Assembly: GCA_951406725.2 (NCBI GenBank)
Contig: OX597829.1
Location: 44,206,001 to 44,270,000 of the forward strand
Length of the DNA stretch: 64,000 bases
Source: Octopus vulgaris
Taxonomy: Eukaryota
Direction of reading: 5' to 3'
Below the pieces are notes generated by a model, which saw only the letters and a program-made list of their open reading frames with translations, did not search any database and was not told the DNA's origin. The position numbers and the translations under genes were made by a program. This document shows, piece after piece, positions 23,741 to 37,093 of the stretch. The first letter of the stretch is position 1. Each line of letters opens with the position of its first letter.

Positions 23741-25785
23741 AGGAGCAGGCATGGCTGTGTTGTAAAAAGCTTACTTCCACGCATGCGTCGGGTTATTTGC
23801 TGTCTGGATTTTGTAAGAGTCGAACTTAGTTTTTTGTTTTGCTTAGAAGATGTACTCAGACTTTGACGGGTCTGAGTTGTCGTCGTCGTCGGAGGAGGAG
23901 GAGGAGCTGGTAAGGGCGGTCATAAAGATGGACGGAGTGTTGAAGACAAGGAGTTTTGCTGAAGCCACGGAGATGAAGCGAAGGGAGCTGTACTTGGCTG
24001 GTCTGAAGGAGAATGAGAAGATGGCTCAGAAGGTGGGTGGTGACATGAAGTTGTCGCACCCCAAAGGAATTATGGAGAGGATGGAGAAGAAAACGATCAC
24101 CTATAAGGTACACTCATTGAAAGGTAAAAAAGCAGAAGTGGAAAAGACGTTGAGGGAACGATCAAAGGAGATAATGTACATAACCAAAGGAAGAAGATAT
24201 GGGACAATGGTCGTCCAATTTAGGACAGTAAAGGAGGCGAGGAGGCTGGCGAGTGTGGCGGGGAAAACAGAGGAAGTAGTGCTTCTGCCCACATACCTTG
24301 GAAGAAAGACTTCGAAAGTGATGGTAGAAGCAATTCCACAGGATATAGAAGTGGCTTGGGTAGCGGCAGCTGTCCTTGTTGGAAGCGAGGAGAAGGTGGC
24401 TGCCACCAAGCCACAGAACCGCACGTCCGGTTTTACCTTCCTTTTAACAGACATTGGAGCACGGATCAAGCAGAGACCTAGGCTGGGAGACTGGCAATTG
24501 GAGTGCCGTCAGGCACTTCAGCTACTCTCTTGGGCGGGCAATGCCGGCAGCAGGTGTACCACCGTAGATTTTTATAGAGGATTAGTGGGCTTTATGTCCG
24601 TAGATGCCTTGCGAGAGACTCTGGGCTACGAGGAAAATCAGTTGATCAACCTGTTCAGGAGAACGTTCGGGCCGGTGTATCTGGATAATTACTAGAAATC
24701 CTTGGCTTAGAGGTGCTTCTGTGCGGCGTTACCTGATCGAGACAAACTGTCAAGGCCCGGAAGTGCCGTCTCGCCGACATGTCAGGACAGGGAAACCGTC
24801 TTGCACGCATTTGTGGAGTGTTCGAAATTGAAGGGACTTATAGTTTTCGCAGAACAACTGTTGTCACCGATGGGAAGAGTCCAGCTATCGGCTGAGTCTA
24901 CCATTGAGATTGTGCCGCCTCCCTCCTTTAATAGAGAAAGGAGGGCTTCGTTTTTTTCTGCGTAGTAGCCATATTGAAAGAAACAGTATGGAAGACGCGT
25001 GTAAGAGGGATAGTGAGATGTACCTTCGTCTCTGGCCAGTGGTTGGTAAACTTTTTCAGTTACCACTTCTTAAGTAAGATCAGGTTGGAGAAGTGGTGCC
25101 TGTCGCTGAGTACATTTGTAAAAAGATGGAAGCTTGTTGCAAGCAAGTTGAGAGTGACCGGAACCAGGTGAGTGGGGTCAGTGGTAGAAAGCAAAGGTTC
25201 TACCCAGATGGCTGGATTCCTTTCCTTCCGAGGCAAATTGTTGTTTTTGCAACAATATTTATGTAAATAATTTTATTAATTACATCTGTAATCATATCTT
25301 TCATACGAACATTGATTTTTTTACTAATAAGCAGCTTCTTCACTCTTTGTGTTTGTCTTTCCTTGTTCGTCCCATCTGTGTACTGCCTTTATGGCAAATT
25401 TCATGAAATAAAGAAGCTTGTTTCCCAACCACATGGTTCCGGGCTCAGTCCCACTGCGGGGCAACTTGGGCACAAGTATTTTCTACTATAGCCTCGGGCC
25501 GACCAAAGCCTTGTGAGCAGATTTGGTTGACGGAAACTGAAAGAAGCCCGTCTTATATACAAGAGTATGTGTGTGTTTTTGTTTGTTTGTTTGTTCCCCC
25601 ATCACCGCTTGATAACCGGTGCTGGTATGTTTAAGTCCACGTAAATTAGCGGTTCGGCTAATGGTATCGATAGAATAAGTACATGGCTTTTAAAATGGTC
25701 CTTGGATCGTTTTGTTCGACTGAAACCATTCAACCCGGTTCTCCCACATGACCGCAGTCAAATAACGGAAATAAGTCAAAAAATG
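23741..25785 (+). mobile_element. SINE C split by the deleted Tx1 LINE
   Basis: Head start aggagcaggcatggctgtgttgtaaaaagcttacttcc (23741-23778) resumes as aagcttgtttcccaaccacatggttccggg at ~25414. Confidence 0.75.
23779..25415 (+). mobile_element. Internally deleted L1/Tx1-type LINE: putative ORF1 N-terminus fused to the ORF2 C-terminus, plus 3' UTR
   Basis: The last ~85 aa of ORF 23850-24695 (IKQRPRLGDW...FYRGLV...LFRRTFGPVYLDNY) align with the Tx1 ORF2 at 8689-9587. The same frame continues past stops into ALPDRDKL...ETVLHAFVEC. The N-terminal ~190 aa is K/E-rich and assigned to ORF1 by position. Confidence 0.8.
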
Positions 25786-25817
25786 TGTGTGTGTTTGTGT
25801 TTGTGTGTGTGTGAGTG

Positions 25818-25849
<32 letters not shown>

Positions 25850-25865
25850 AGCGTGTGTGTGTGAG

Positions 25866-25907
<42 letters not shown>

Positions 25908-25948
25908 TGTGTGTGTGTGTGTCTTTGTGTGTGAGTGTGTGTGTGTGG

Positions 25949-26008
<60 letters not shown>

Positions 26009-26382
26009 GGCTGTGTGTTTGTGAGTCTGTGTGTATTTTCGGGATGAAAGCCCCAAATGATTACAAAGAATACAGAGAGTAGCATATCTTTCAATTTTCT
26101 TTCACTAAAAGATAACTCTTTTTTTAAACAGCATAATTGGTTAAAATGACCGGCACGTGTTTCTGTTGCATAAAAAATGCGCTGCTTCGTATACAACCCG
26201 CGTCTTCATTCTCGTTCTTTCCACTAACTCTTACGGTATTCGGCTGGATAATTCATCCTTATATACTCATCATGCACACTCACAAACACACACACACATC
26301 TGTATTGTATACATATATCGCTTATATAATTGTTTATAACCATACATATATATATTTACATATACATACATAAATATGTGTG

Positions 26383-26432
<50 letters not shown>

Positions 26433-26453
26433 AACATATATAATATATAGATT

Positions 26454-26487
<34 letters not shown>

Positions 26488-26929
26488 GAGAGAGAGAAAA
26501 AGAGAGAGAGAGAATATTTTGACACAAAGGTAAGTTGAGATTCACTGTTTTAGTGATATGATGTTTCCTATTGTCACGATAGCGGCTGAAATCATACATT
26601 GTTAGCCATATCTAAGTCTCACAGACACACACGCACACACACACACACACACAGACACACACACAGAAGAAAATAGAAAATAAAATTGTTGCAGACGGAC
26701 GGACTTCTATTTTCACGTTAAGAATTGTCAATATGATTAATGGAAACCGCGTGAGCAAGCCGACCATCGATAAAAGAAAAAGGTAAACAAAAAAATGGAA
26801 AACTTTCTGAGGGAATAAATATTCTTATTCATAGGAGATGAAACTGAAAGCTCCGTTTGCATATATATAAATCTATATCGGTATGAGGCAGTTGACTGAG
26901 AATGGAAATTTATATGAGTGTACCTATGT

Positions 26930-27186
26930 ATGCATGTAAAGATAGGAGAGTCCAGTTTGCTGGACATTGTTGTAGAGCTGAAAAAGAAGTAATTTTTACC
27001 ATTCTCCTCTGGAAGTCATCTACTCGCAATACCAGAGGACGCACACTCTCCTACCCTGATGTAATCTCCAGGGATACAGGCATCCAGCAACAGGATCTCC
27101 GTAATGCCATGATGGACCGTGAAGTCTGGCGTAGCATGGTAAATTCCATTGTCTCGACCACGGTCGAACAATGATGAAAATGATGA
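26930..27186 (+). mobile_element. RTE-group LINE 3' end
   Basis: RRVQFAGHCCRAEKEVIFTILLW...RGRTLSYPDVISRDTG...AMMDREVWR, then a (TGA)n tail. Confidence 0.85.
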
Positions 27187-27238
27187 ATGATGCATGTATG
27201 TATTATGTGTGTTTGTGTAGGAATATGCGTAACTTTAG

Positions 27239-27324
<86 letters not shown>

Positions 27325-28474
27325 ATGCATTTATGTATGACTAGTGGGGTCTCTGAATATTTCATGGCATTAATAGTAAAACTATTGGGCTATTTCTTAA
27401 AACTTTATCCAAAATACCTGAAAGCGTAGCCTGTGTTGTGTCTGTATGGAAAGACAGTCGCTCATCTGCTACTCATTGAAAAGTGAAAGAAATTGGAATA
27501 TTTAATGCACCTTATATATACACTTTATATACTTTATGTACAATTTTATAGACTTAATACACAGCAATCATTAAATAAATATTCACTCTTATTTTCCCCT
27601 TTTTCCCATAAACAACCAAAAGAAAAAATCCCGTACATATGATACAATCTTTAGTTTAATTGAATATATGTGCCATGTATATAAGCGTCAATATTTCACG
27701 GAATTGCATTTATGCGCATGCGTAAGTGATGGGTGATATATAAAAAGTTAGTTCAATTAATAAGAATACACTTTTCACTATCCAATCACCACAACCACCA
27801 CCACCATCACCCACCATTAACAGCCCCTCCATCATCTTCTCTCTTCCCTTTTCTCTCTCCCTCATGTCTCCACCTTCAATCTCTCTCTCCCCTCTCTCTC
27901 CTCTCTCTCTCTCTATCTTTGTTTAACCTCACCATCAGAACATCACCCCTCTGCTAAAATTGCATTTGTAACTCTGCTCTATATCATTACCTTCAACTAA
28001 CTTTTTTGATGACGTAACTAATATTACATTCCTTCTATCTCACGTCATGGACGCTTCTCTCTCCCCCTTTTTCTTTTTCCTTCTTTCAATCTCACTCTTC
28101 ACCTTCTTTTCCTCTCTCCTTTGTCTTTCTCCTCTTGTTCAATTTCAACTAATTACTTGAAAGCGTTTCAATTATATTCCCTCTACCTCACGTCATGGAC
28201 GGTTCTCTCTCCCTCTTTTTCTCTCTCTATTTTTCTTTCTCCCTCTTTTCTCTAATCACGTGAATGCGTTACCGACGGGCTAAGTATCGCAATGACAAGC
28301 AAAAAGGATTATAAGATTATGAGCATGCACAGTAGTAGGGTTTTGTTTTCTTTATAATTTATCTTGAATTTTTTTTTCCTCTGCAGGAGTCACTAAGTGT
28401 GGATAATGCAAACACAGCAACATCAATTGTCGAGCGGTGGTGGAAGGACAAATACAGACAGAAAGAAACACACA

Positions 28475-28523
<49 letters not shown>

Positions 28524-28772
28524 TTTTATACTTTTTATTCTTTTACTTGTTTCAGTCCTTTGACTGCGGCCATGATGGAGCACCACGTTAGAGGGTCTGT
28601 TTTTAGTCGAAGAAATTGACCCCAGAGATTATTCTCTGTTGGCTTAGCACTTATCCTATCCAACCCCATTTGTCAACCGGGTACGCAAACACACCAACGT
28701 CAGTTGTAAAACAATGGTGGGGGGACCAACACAGACAAATATACACACACAAATATATAATTACATACATAC

Positions 28773-28812
<40 letters not shown>

Positions 28813-28814
<2 letters not shown>

Positions 28815-28897
28815 CAATTGCAGCGTGGAAGGTGTTTATAAGCCATTTAAGAAACACACAAAAACCGTTAGATTCACTTCAACATTTAAATTCAATT
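28813..28897 (-). mobile_element. Family G repeat, truncated (lacks the hammerhead part)
   Basis: aacaattgcagcgtggaaggtgtttataagccatttaagaaacacac, as at 34497; next to (TA)n. Confidence 0.8.
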
Positions 28898-28947
28898 GTA
28901 TGTATATATTCATACAAATTCAAACATAATAGTATTCCCATGACTTT

Positions 28948-29032
<85 letters not shown>

Positions 29033-29084
29033 GTATATATATACATACAGAGAAACACACACACATATATAGTTCGAATTTATA

Positions 29085-29275
29085 GAATGCAAAAAACAAA
29101 GACGAATCATGTGTATTAGTTTATCGCTCAGGAAAAATGGAAAAGTGTTTGACGCTTCGAGCCTAAGCTCTTTGACAGAAAGGATTGAAAGGGGGGGGGG
29201 GTGGAGAGAGAAAGAACAAAATGGAGACAGATAAAAATGTGTAAGGATTAACGGTTCAACATGATGGAATGGCTG
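29085..29275 (-). mobile_element. Short Penelope-type repeat with a decayed variant hammerhead
   Basis: Minus strand ttt-CTGTCAA-a-GAGC ttag GCTC-GAAG-CGTC-aaa (29148-29181); same family as 21605. Confidence 0.55.
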
Positions 29276-29372
29276 TAAATATATATACACTTTCGTACAC
29301 GAAAATTGATGTGTGTGTGCGTGTGTGTGCTTTCATACACGAATATGTACTTTAAAAATATGCTCTAGTATT

Positions 29373-29608
29373 TATTTCTTTATTGCCCTATAGGGAGCTA
29401 AACATAGAGGGGACAAACAAGGACAGACAAGGGGATCAAGTCGATTACATCGACCCCAGTGCTTAACTGGTACTTGTTTAATCGACCCTGAAATTGATGA
29501 AAGGTAAAGTCGACCTCGGTGAAATTTGAACTCACAACGTAACGACAAGCGAAGTACCGCTAAGCATTTCACCCGGTGTACTAACGTTTCTGCCAGCTCA
29601 CCCCCGCC
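29373..29608 (-). mobile_element. SINE B1
   Basis: 14-bp TSD tatgctctagtatt at 29359-29372 and 29609-29622. Confidence 0.9.
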
Positions 29609-29789
29609 TATGCTCTAGTATTGGGAACGTACCACTTCAGTGTTTGGCGTTAAGAGCAGAGCACAACCACTATACAAAATAAGGAGACTGTAATACATAT
29701 CCTTCTCAACAAATCAACCAGATCGAACGGGTAGTTTCATGTAGAATTAAAAAATATCGACGAGTCATGTGTTGATATGAACTGACCAG

Positions 29790-30012
29790 CGGCGAGCTGG
29801 CAGAAACGTTAGCACGCCGGGCGAAATGCGTAGCCGTATTTCGTTTGCCGTTACGTTCTGAGTTCAAATTCCGCCGAGGTCGACTTTGCCTTTCATCCCT
29901 TCGGGTCGATAAATTGAGTACCAGTTACGCACTGGGGTCGATATAATCGACTTAATCCGTTTGTCTGTCCTTGTTTGTTCTCTCTGTGTTTAGCCCCTTT
30001 TGGGTAGTAAAG
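29790..30012 (+). mobile_element. SINE B1
   Basis: Full head ggcgagctggcagaaacgttagc; TSD gatatgaactgacc on both sides. Confidence 0.9.
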
Positions 30013-30359
30013 ATATAGATATGAACTGACCGTAGCGCATCTTGTTTGATTTATCATGGAAGCATCTTCGTGCTGGTACTGGAAACACAAACAGAAACCC
30101 CCTCAAGTCTAGATGATTTGAGTCAAATTAAACCAGTCTGTCTAGACGTGAGTCAGATATAGAAGACTAAAAAATGTTGTTGTGAATCGTTATTATTGTT
30201 CAACTTCCGGCAGCACAGATCAAGCAAAGTTCCTTTCAACCGCGATAATCCTGTGTATTTCTTACTAAGCCCATAGCTGCAGCTGTATGAGAACAATTTG
30301 TGTGTTTGGGAATTTGTGAATTTGCAGGTTTTCTTTTGTCTAACGGTTGTGGTTGTCTG

Positions 30360-30560
30360 GGCTGGCAGAAACGTTAGCACGCCGGGCGAAATGCGTAGCC
30401 GTATTTCGTCTGCCGTTACGTTCTGAGTTCAAATTCCGCCGAGGTTGACTTTGCCTTTCATCCTTTCGAGGTCGATAGATTAAGTATCAGTTACGCACTG
30501 GGACCGATGTAATCAACTTAATCCGTTTGTCTGTCCTTGTTTGTCCCTTCTGTATTTAGA
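30360..30560 (+). mobile_element. SINE B1
   Basis: Matches the B1 consensus; 3' end shortened. Confidence 0.85.
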
Positions 30561-30851
30561 AATATATACGTATGACAATGACATAAAGTAGCAGAATAAA
30601 ATCAATTTCTCAGAGAAATCACAAGCTAAAGATACAAAGGGTTTTACTTGTTTGGAATTCAAAAAAAGGTATAAGAGTCATAGAACCTTTTTCAAACATT
30701 CTTGCATGATAATGTCCTTAAATAAAAGCGGTTAGGAAATATTTGAGAGAGATTTTAGCAACTATTTGTAACACCTCTCACGACTACATACAGACATCCT
30801 CAATGGCGTGTCAGGTTCACTTGGATAGAAGTCTAAATAGATAATATAAGC

Positions 30852-30901
<50 letters not shown>

Positions 30902-30935
30902 ATGTATACAAACATACACGCACACACACACACAT

Positions 30936-31163
30936 GGCGAGCTGGCAGAAACGTTAGCACGCCGGGCGAAATGCGTAGCCGTATTTCGTCTGTCGTTACG
31001 TTATGGGTTCAAATTCCGCCGAGGTCGACTTTGCCTTTCATCCTTTCGAGGTCGATAAATTAAGTATCAGTTACGCACTGGGGTCGATGTAATCGACTTA
31101 ATCCGTTTGTCTGTCCTTGTTTATCCCCTCTGTGTTTAGCCCCTTGTGGGTAATAAAGAAATA
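30936..31163 (+). mobile_element. SINE B1
   Basis: Full-length match ending taataaagaaata. Confidence 0.9.
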
Positions 31164-31401
31164 TATATGTGTGTGTGTGTGTATGTACACACACACATAT
31201 ATATATATATTAGATATAAGTTTCATAAACTACAAAATGTAAATCTCCACACTACCACACCTGAAACATACCTGTTATAAACTTTTTATCTCGATGTGAA
31301 TGTACGTGAAGGTTATTTAGAATCCCCAAAGCTTATTTCTGCAAATGTGCTAAGCACTGATGCTGACCATAGTTTAATCTATAAGTGTAGGAGCGAAGTA
31401 C

Positions 31402-31603
31402 ATGCAGTAAAATTAGAAGGGGTCACTGGGGCCCTATTTAAGCGGCCCTTTAGAAATTAACCCCTCTTATGATACTCCCTCGGAGTTCATGGTATGGAAT
31501 TCATTGTCATTGCTCCTATTTGGTCGCCAATGCCATGTACTTAGTGCAAAATGCAGTAAAAAATAGGGGTTCAGTGGGGCCCCAAATTAAGCGACCCTTA
31601 AAA
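31402..31603. repeat. Imperfect ~55-bp direct repeat (period ~149 bp)
   Basis: atgcagtaaaa...ggggccc...taagcg.ccctt at 31402 and 31551; probably a DNA-transposon subterminal relic. Confidence 0.5.
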
Positions 31604-31687
31604 CGTAACGGACAGAGAAACATAACTCAAATTTATAATAGGATATATATATTTGTGTATAAAGTATAAGCATATATATATTTGAGT

Positions 31688-32154
31688 GGCGAGCTGGCAG
31701 AAACGTTAGCACGCCGGGTGAAATGCGTAGACGTATTTCGTCTGCCGTTACGTTCTGGGTTCAAATTCCGCCGAGGTCGACTTTGCCTTTCATCCTTCGG
31801 GGGTCGATAAATTAAGTACCAGTTACGCACTGGGGTCGATGTAATCGACTTAATCCGTTTGTCTGTCCTTGTTTGTCCTCTCTATGTTTAGCCCCTTGTG
31901 GGCAATAAAGAAATATATATATTTGAGTGGCGAGCTGGCAGAAACGTTAGCACGCCGGGTGAAATGCGTAGACGTATTTCGTCTGCCGTTACGTTCTGGG
32001 TTCAAATTCCGCCGAGGTCGACTTTGCCTTTCATCCTTTCGGGGGTCGATAAATTAAGTACCAGTTACGCACTGGGGTCGATGTAATCGACTTAATCCGT
32101 TTGTCTGTCCTTGTTTGTCCCCTCTGTGTTTAGCCCCTTGTGGGTAGTAAAGAA

Positions 32155-32156
<2 letters not shown>
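31688..32156 (+). mobile_element. Two tandem, nearly identical SINE B1 copies followed by (TATC)n
   Basis: Unit tatatatatttgagt+B1 repeated; both copies share the private variants gggtgaaatgcgtagacg and ctgggttc. Confidence 0.9.
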
Positions 32157-32214
<58 letters not shown>

Positions 32215-32970
32215 GTCTGTCTGTCTATGTATCTATCTACTTATTTATCTTTCGATATATCTACACATATACACACACTCACGTGCGTACACTCACGCGT
32301 ACGTGTGTATATAAATTCGTGCCTGTATGTGAAAAAATACGTAGATGCCCTGCACTATACCTCGTCTATCGTTAATTGACAAACATGACTCAAAAAGATA
32401 AGCCATAACAGAAGATTCCGTCGCTGCCAAGTCAGTCGCAAATGGCGTCTGTGGCAGAATGCTGTTTACAGTCGCTAGAGATGTTTCTGTTTAGTACAGC
32501 TATATTTAATTGTAGCCCAAACTTTGGCTACCGCGTGTTCGCTCCTCCACCAAAGCCACTCTTGACAGAAATCCGAGAATGTTAAGTGGAACAGATTGGC
32601 TTATATACTTGCTTATATCAAGTCTGTGCAAAATTCCTGCTGTTCCGATAAACACTGCTTAAATCCACCTTTCTCTGTCAGACTGTGTGGTTGGCTGGGA
32701 TTTTGGGATTTTTTTTAATTATTTTTCTTTTAGTTCACATTGTTTTTCTTTTTTTTTTTTTTGCTGGTGTTTAGTTAGAATGTAGAGCCTGTTTAAATTG
32801 TCTCACGCTCAGATTTGAACACACGTCTAAACATAACTCCTTCTAAATGACAGTTCCGCTCATTTGTGAGTCATACATACGTCTACAAATGGAATAACAC
32901 TTGCTATATATTTATTTATTCGTTCACTTATTTATTTTATTCATATTTTTCTCTTATTTTGTTGCTTTAC

Positions 32971-33013
<43 letters not shown>

Positions 33014-33133
33014 TGGCTATTTTTATGTTTCAGATGTAATTTTCAACAATTCGAAAATGGTGTCGAACGTATAATGACACATACTTACAAGTAGACGTAC
33101 TTAAACATGCGCGCGCACTCAGACAGACAGACA

Positions 33134-33174
<41 letters not shown>

Positions 33175-33175
33175 A

Positions 33176-33232
<57 letters not shown>

Positions 33233-33520
33233 CCCCAAACACATATCCATATATATGGACATACAAAGGAACAAGTAATCACACGTACACACATACATAC
33301 ACAAACACACACACACTTATACACATACACGCACACATATACACGCACAAATACATTCATACACTCACACATACACACGTAGAAAAAAATATCTAATACA
33401 CTGGTATGTTGAAACAAACAAGCTCTCACCCCGAATCGTACACACAGTCGTACAAGTGCAATTAAACAGTCACACAATCAAATGCAGAGACAGCTATATA
33501 TAAAAAATACACACAAGAAA

Positions 33521-33881
33521 TGGAGTGGCTGTGTGGTAAGTAGCTTGCTAACCAACCACATGGTTCCGGGTTCAGTCCCACTGCGTGGCATCTTGGGCAA
33601 GTGTCTTCTGCTATAGCCCCGGGCCGACCAATGCCTTGTGAGTGAATTTGGTAGACGGAAACTGAAAGAAGCCCGTCGTATATATATGTATATATATATA
33701 TTTGTATAGGCGCAGGAGTGGCTGTGTGGTAAGTAGCTTGCTAACCAACCACATGGTTCCGGGTTCAGTCCCACTGCGTGGCATCTTGGGCAAGTGTCTT
33801 CTGCTATAGCCCCGGGCCGACCAATGCCTTGTGAGTGGACTTGGTAGACGGAAACTGAAAGAAGCCCGTCGTATATATATG

Positions 33882-33912
<31 letters not shown>

Positions 33913-34097
33913 TTGTGTGTCTCTGTTTGTGTGTCTCTGCTTGACAACCGATGCTGGTGTTTTTACGTCCCCGTCACTTAGCGGTTCGGCAAAAAGAGAC
34001 CGATAGAATAAGTACTGGGCTTACAAAAGAATAAGTCTTGCGGGGGTCGATTTCCTCGACTAAAAGGCGGTGCTCCAGCATGGCCGCAGTCAAATGA
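33521..34097 (+). mobile_element. Young SINE C with duplicated head
   Basis: Head at 33521-33680 is repeated at 33709-33872, then (TA)n(TG)n and the tail ending aaacaagtaaaagag. Confidence 0.9.
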
Positions 34098-34229
34098 CTG
34101 AAACAAGTAAAAGAGAATCTGAATTTCTTCGCTGGTCTCGCAGAAATATATTGTCTTGTAAATCTTTTTCTTATATTTCTTCCCTATGCATTCTTATTAC
34201 TCCGTTACTGGTTATGCTTTTCCCGTCTA

Positions 34230-34458
34230 CTCTTTTACTTGTTTCAGTCATTTGACTGCGGCCATGCTGGAGCACCGCCTTTAATCGAGCAACTCGACCC
34301 CGGCGGGACTTATTCTTTTTTTTTTTTTTTTTTGTAAGCCCAGTACTTATTCTATCGGGTCTCTTTTGCCGAACCGCTAAGTAACGGAGACATAAACACA
34401 CCAGCATCGGTTGTCAAGCAATGCTAGGGGGACAAACACAGACACACAAACACACACA

Positions 34459-34498
<40 letters not shown>

Positions 34499-34806
34499 AC
34501 AATTGCAGCGTGGGAGGTGTTTATAAGCCATTTAAGAAACACACAAAAGCCGTTCGATTCACTCCAACATTTAAGTTTAATTTGTCAAAATATTTTCGTC
34601 GCTAAAATCCGCGACCTGTTCACTGACAAAGTCCGTGCTGCATCATATATACATATATACGGTGGGCTTCTTTCAGTTTCTGTCTACCAAATCCACTCAC
34701 AAGGCTTTGGTCGGCCCGAGGTTATAGTAGAAGACACTTGCCCAAGGTGCCACGAAACCATGTGGTTGGTTAGCAAGCTACTTACCACACAGCCACTCCT
34801 GCGCCT
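34230..34806 (-). mobile_element. SINE C containing a family G insertion
   Basis: Reverse complement of C; G element at 34497-34643 lies inside the (TA)n. Confidence 0.9.
34581..34630 (-). ncRNA. Minimal type I hammerhead ribozyme variant (G3:C8 core) in a family G element (34497-34643)
   Basis: Minus strand TTTGTCA-GTGAACA-G-GTCGC ggatttta GCGAC-GAA-AATATT-T-TGACAAA: 7-bp helix I, 5-bp helix II, palindromic helix III. Confidence 0.75.
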
Positions 34807-34902
34807 GATCAAAACGAAACAATTTCTTTGGATGTAGTGCTGAATAAGGAACAAGATTTCCTGGAAAATGCATATAGGCGCAGGAGTGGTTGAGTAATAA
34901 GA

Positions 34903-35320
34903 AGGCGGCGAGCTGGCAGAAACGCTAGCACGCCGGGCGAAATGCTTAGCGGTATTTCGTCTGCCGCTACGATCTGAGTTCAAATTCCACCGAGGTCGTG
35001 CCGGGTTACTTGTGGGCAGTAAAGAAATAAGTATTTATCTATTTGTAGATAAAGGCGGCGAGCTGGTAGAAACGTTATCCCGCTGGGCTAAATGCTCAGC
35101 GGTATTTCGTTTGCCGCGACGATCTGAGTTCAAATTTCACCGAGGTTGACTTTGCCTTTCATCCTTTCGGCGTCGATTAGATAAGTACCAGTTACGCACT
35201 GGGTTTGATGTAATCGACTTAATCCGTTTGTCCTGTCTGTATTTAGTCCCTTGTGTGTAGTAAAGAAATAGGTATTTCGGAAGGCGGTGAGCTGGCAGAA
35301 TCGTTAGCACGCCGGGCAAA
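34903..35320 (+). mobile_element. Cluster of SINE B units (deleted, full, head only)
   Basis: Three aaggcggcgagctgg heads at 34902, 35052 and 35281. Confidence 0.85.
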
Positions 35321-35330
35321 ATGTATATGT

Positions 35331-35411
<81 letters not shown>

Positions 35412-35649
35412 AACACACGCATATAGTAATAGTAATTTAATTTGGAATTTTCTGCTAAAAGAAAAATCTCGTCTAGAAACACATAAACACACAGACACGC
35501 ATTTTAATAGTCCATAGCTATCGAGAGAGACGAACCTTCCCTGGATAACGAAGGTGTTGTAAGAGTTTTGTTACAGCAACACTGGCTGTTAGATAGAATA
35601 AGTGTTGAACCAGTGTCATTTACCTTTTATGGTAAATGACAAATTCTAT

Positions 35650-36196
35650 CTTTGAATCATTTTAATTATTTTATCCTGGTGAACCTCCACAGCCATTCGA
35701 TGTTTAAAAACTAGTTTTATAGAAACTTCTTTCAAAATTCCTATTTTGTCTTTCTCACACATTAACTTGTGTAGGTTGAATTATGTAAAATGCTAGAGAA
35801 AGAAACCCGGCTGTTTCTTGCAATACATATCAATACATAGATCTAAAGTAGAGGTTCTCAACTGTTTTTTTTTTTTATCTATGGACCCCTTTGATTATTA
35901 TTTTATTCCAGTGGACCCCCATAACTATTCGATGTTAAAAAATTAGTTTTATAGAAACTTCTTTCAAAATTCCTATTTTGATATTCACATATTAACTTGT
36001 ATAGGTTGAACTATGTATAATGTTAGGGAAAGAAACCAAGCCGTTTCTTGCAATACATAATATCTAAAGCAAAATTTTTTCAGAGGCCCTTAAAACACTA
36101 TTGTGGATTCTCAATTAACTATTTTCTTGAGTAGACCCCCAACCCCAAAGTTTAGATAGAACCCCAGAAGCCACATGGACCCCGTTTGAGAAGCGG
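35650..36196. mobile_element. Second copy of the hAT non-autonomous element, opposite orientation, without the Mutator-like insert
   Basis: Reverse complement of 4735-4816 plus 5950-6433, with the same internal duplicated end (tagaggttctcaac at 35849). Confidence 0.8.
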
Positions 36197-36263
36197 TCAT
36201 AGAGTGTTATTTGAGGGAGATTTTACAGTCTTCTCTTTTTGATGTTTGGTCACCTGTCGGAAT

Positions 36264-36627
36264 GGATGGAAGCACTCCGTCGGTTACGACGACGAGGGTT
36301 CCGGTTGATCCGATCAACGGAACTGCCTGCTCGTGAAATTAACGTGTAAGTGGCTGAGCACTCCACAGACAGGTGTACCCTTAACGTAGTTCTAAGGGAT
36401 ATTCAGCGTGACACAGAGAGTGACAAGGCTGGCCCTTTGAAATACAGGTACAACAGAAACAGGAAGTAAGAGTGAGAGAAAGTTGTGGTGAAAGAGTACT
36501 GCCGGAGCCTCGTGGAGCTTTAGGTGTTTTCGCTCAATAAACACTCACAACGCCCGGTCTGGGAATCGAAACCGCGATCCTACGACCGCGAGTCCGCTGC
36601 CCTAACCACTGGGCCATTACGCCTCCA
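36264..36627 (-). mobile_element. SINE A1
   Basis: TSD tcacctgtcggaat on both sides. Confidence 0.9.
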
Positions 36628-36861
36628 CTCACCTGTCGGAATATCCTTGCCGTTACTGCAGAAATTGGATTTAATGGTCATCCACAACAGAAATAGAACA
36701 GATCCGAGCATAATGTCGGGCATATAGGCAGTCGGCGTGAAACGAAAAACCTGTTATCAACCCATTCATGCAAATTTTCCAACCCCCCCACCCTATAGGT
36801 GACGATAATAAAGCTTTCTTGCGTCGACGCAAGATCAGAAGATGTAGTGATGAGTGAAACC

Positions 36862-37093
36862 TATTTCTTTATTGCCCACAAGGGGCTAAACACAGAGGGG
36901 ACAAGCAAGGATATACAAACGGATCAAGTCGATTACATCGACCCCAGTGTGCAACTGGTACTTAATTTATCGACCCCGAAAGGATGAAAGGCAAAGTCGA
37001 CCTCGGCGGAATTTGAACTCAGAACGTAACGACAGACGAAATACGGCTACTCATTTCGCCCGGCATGCTAACGTTTCTGCCAGCTCGCCGCCT
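36862..37093 (-). mobile_element. SINE B1
   Basis: TSD gtgatgagtgaaacc, with ~20 extra nt at the element 5' end. Confidence 0.9.
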
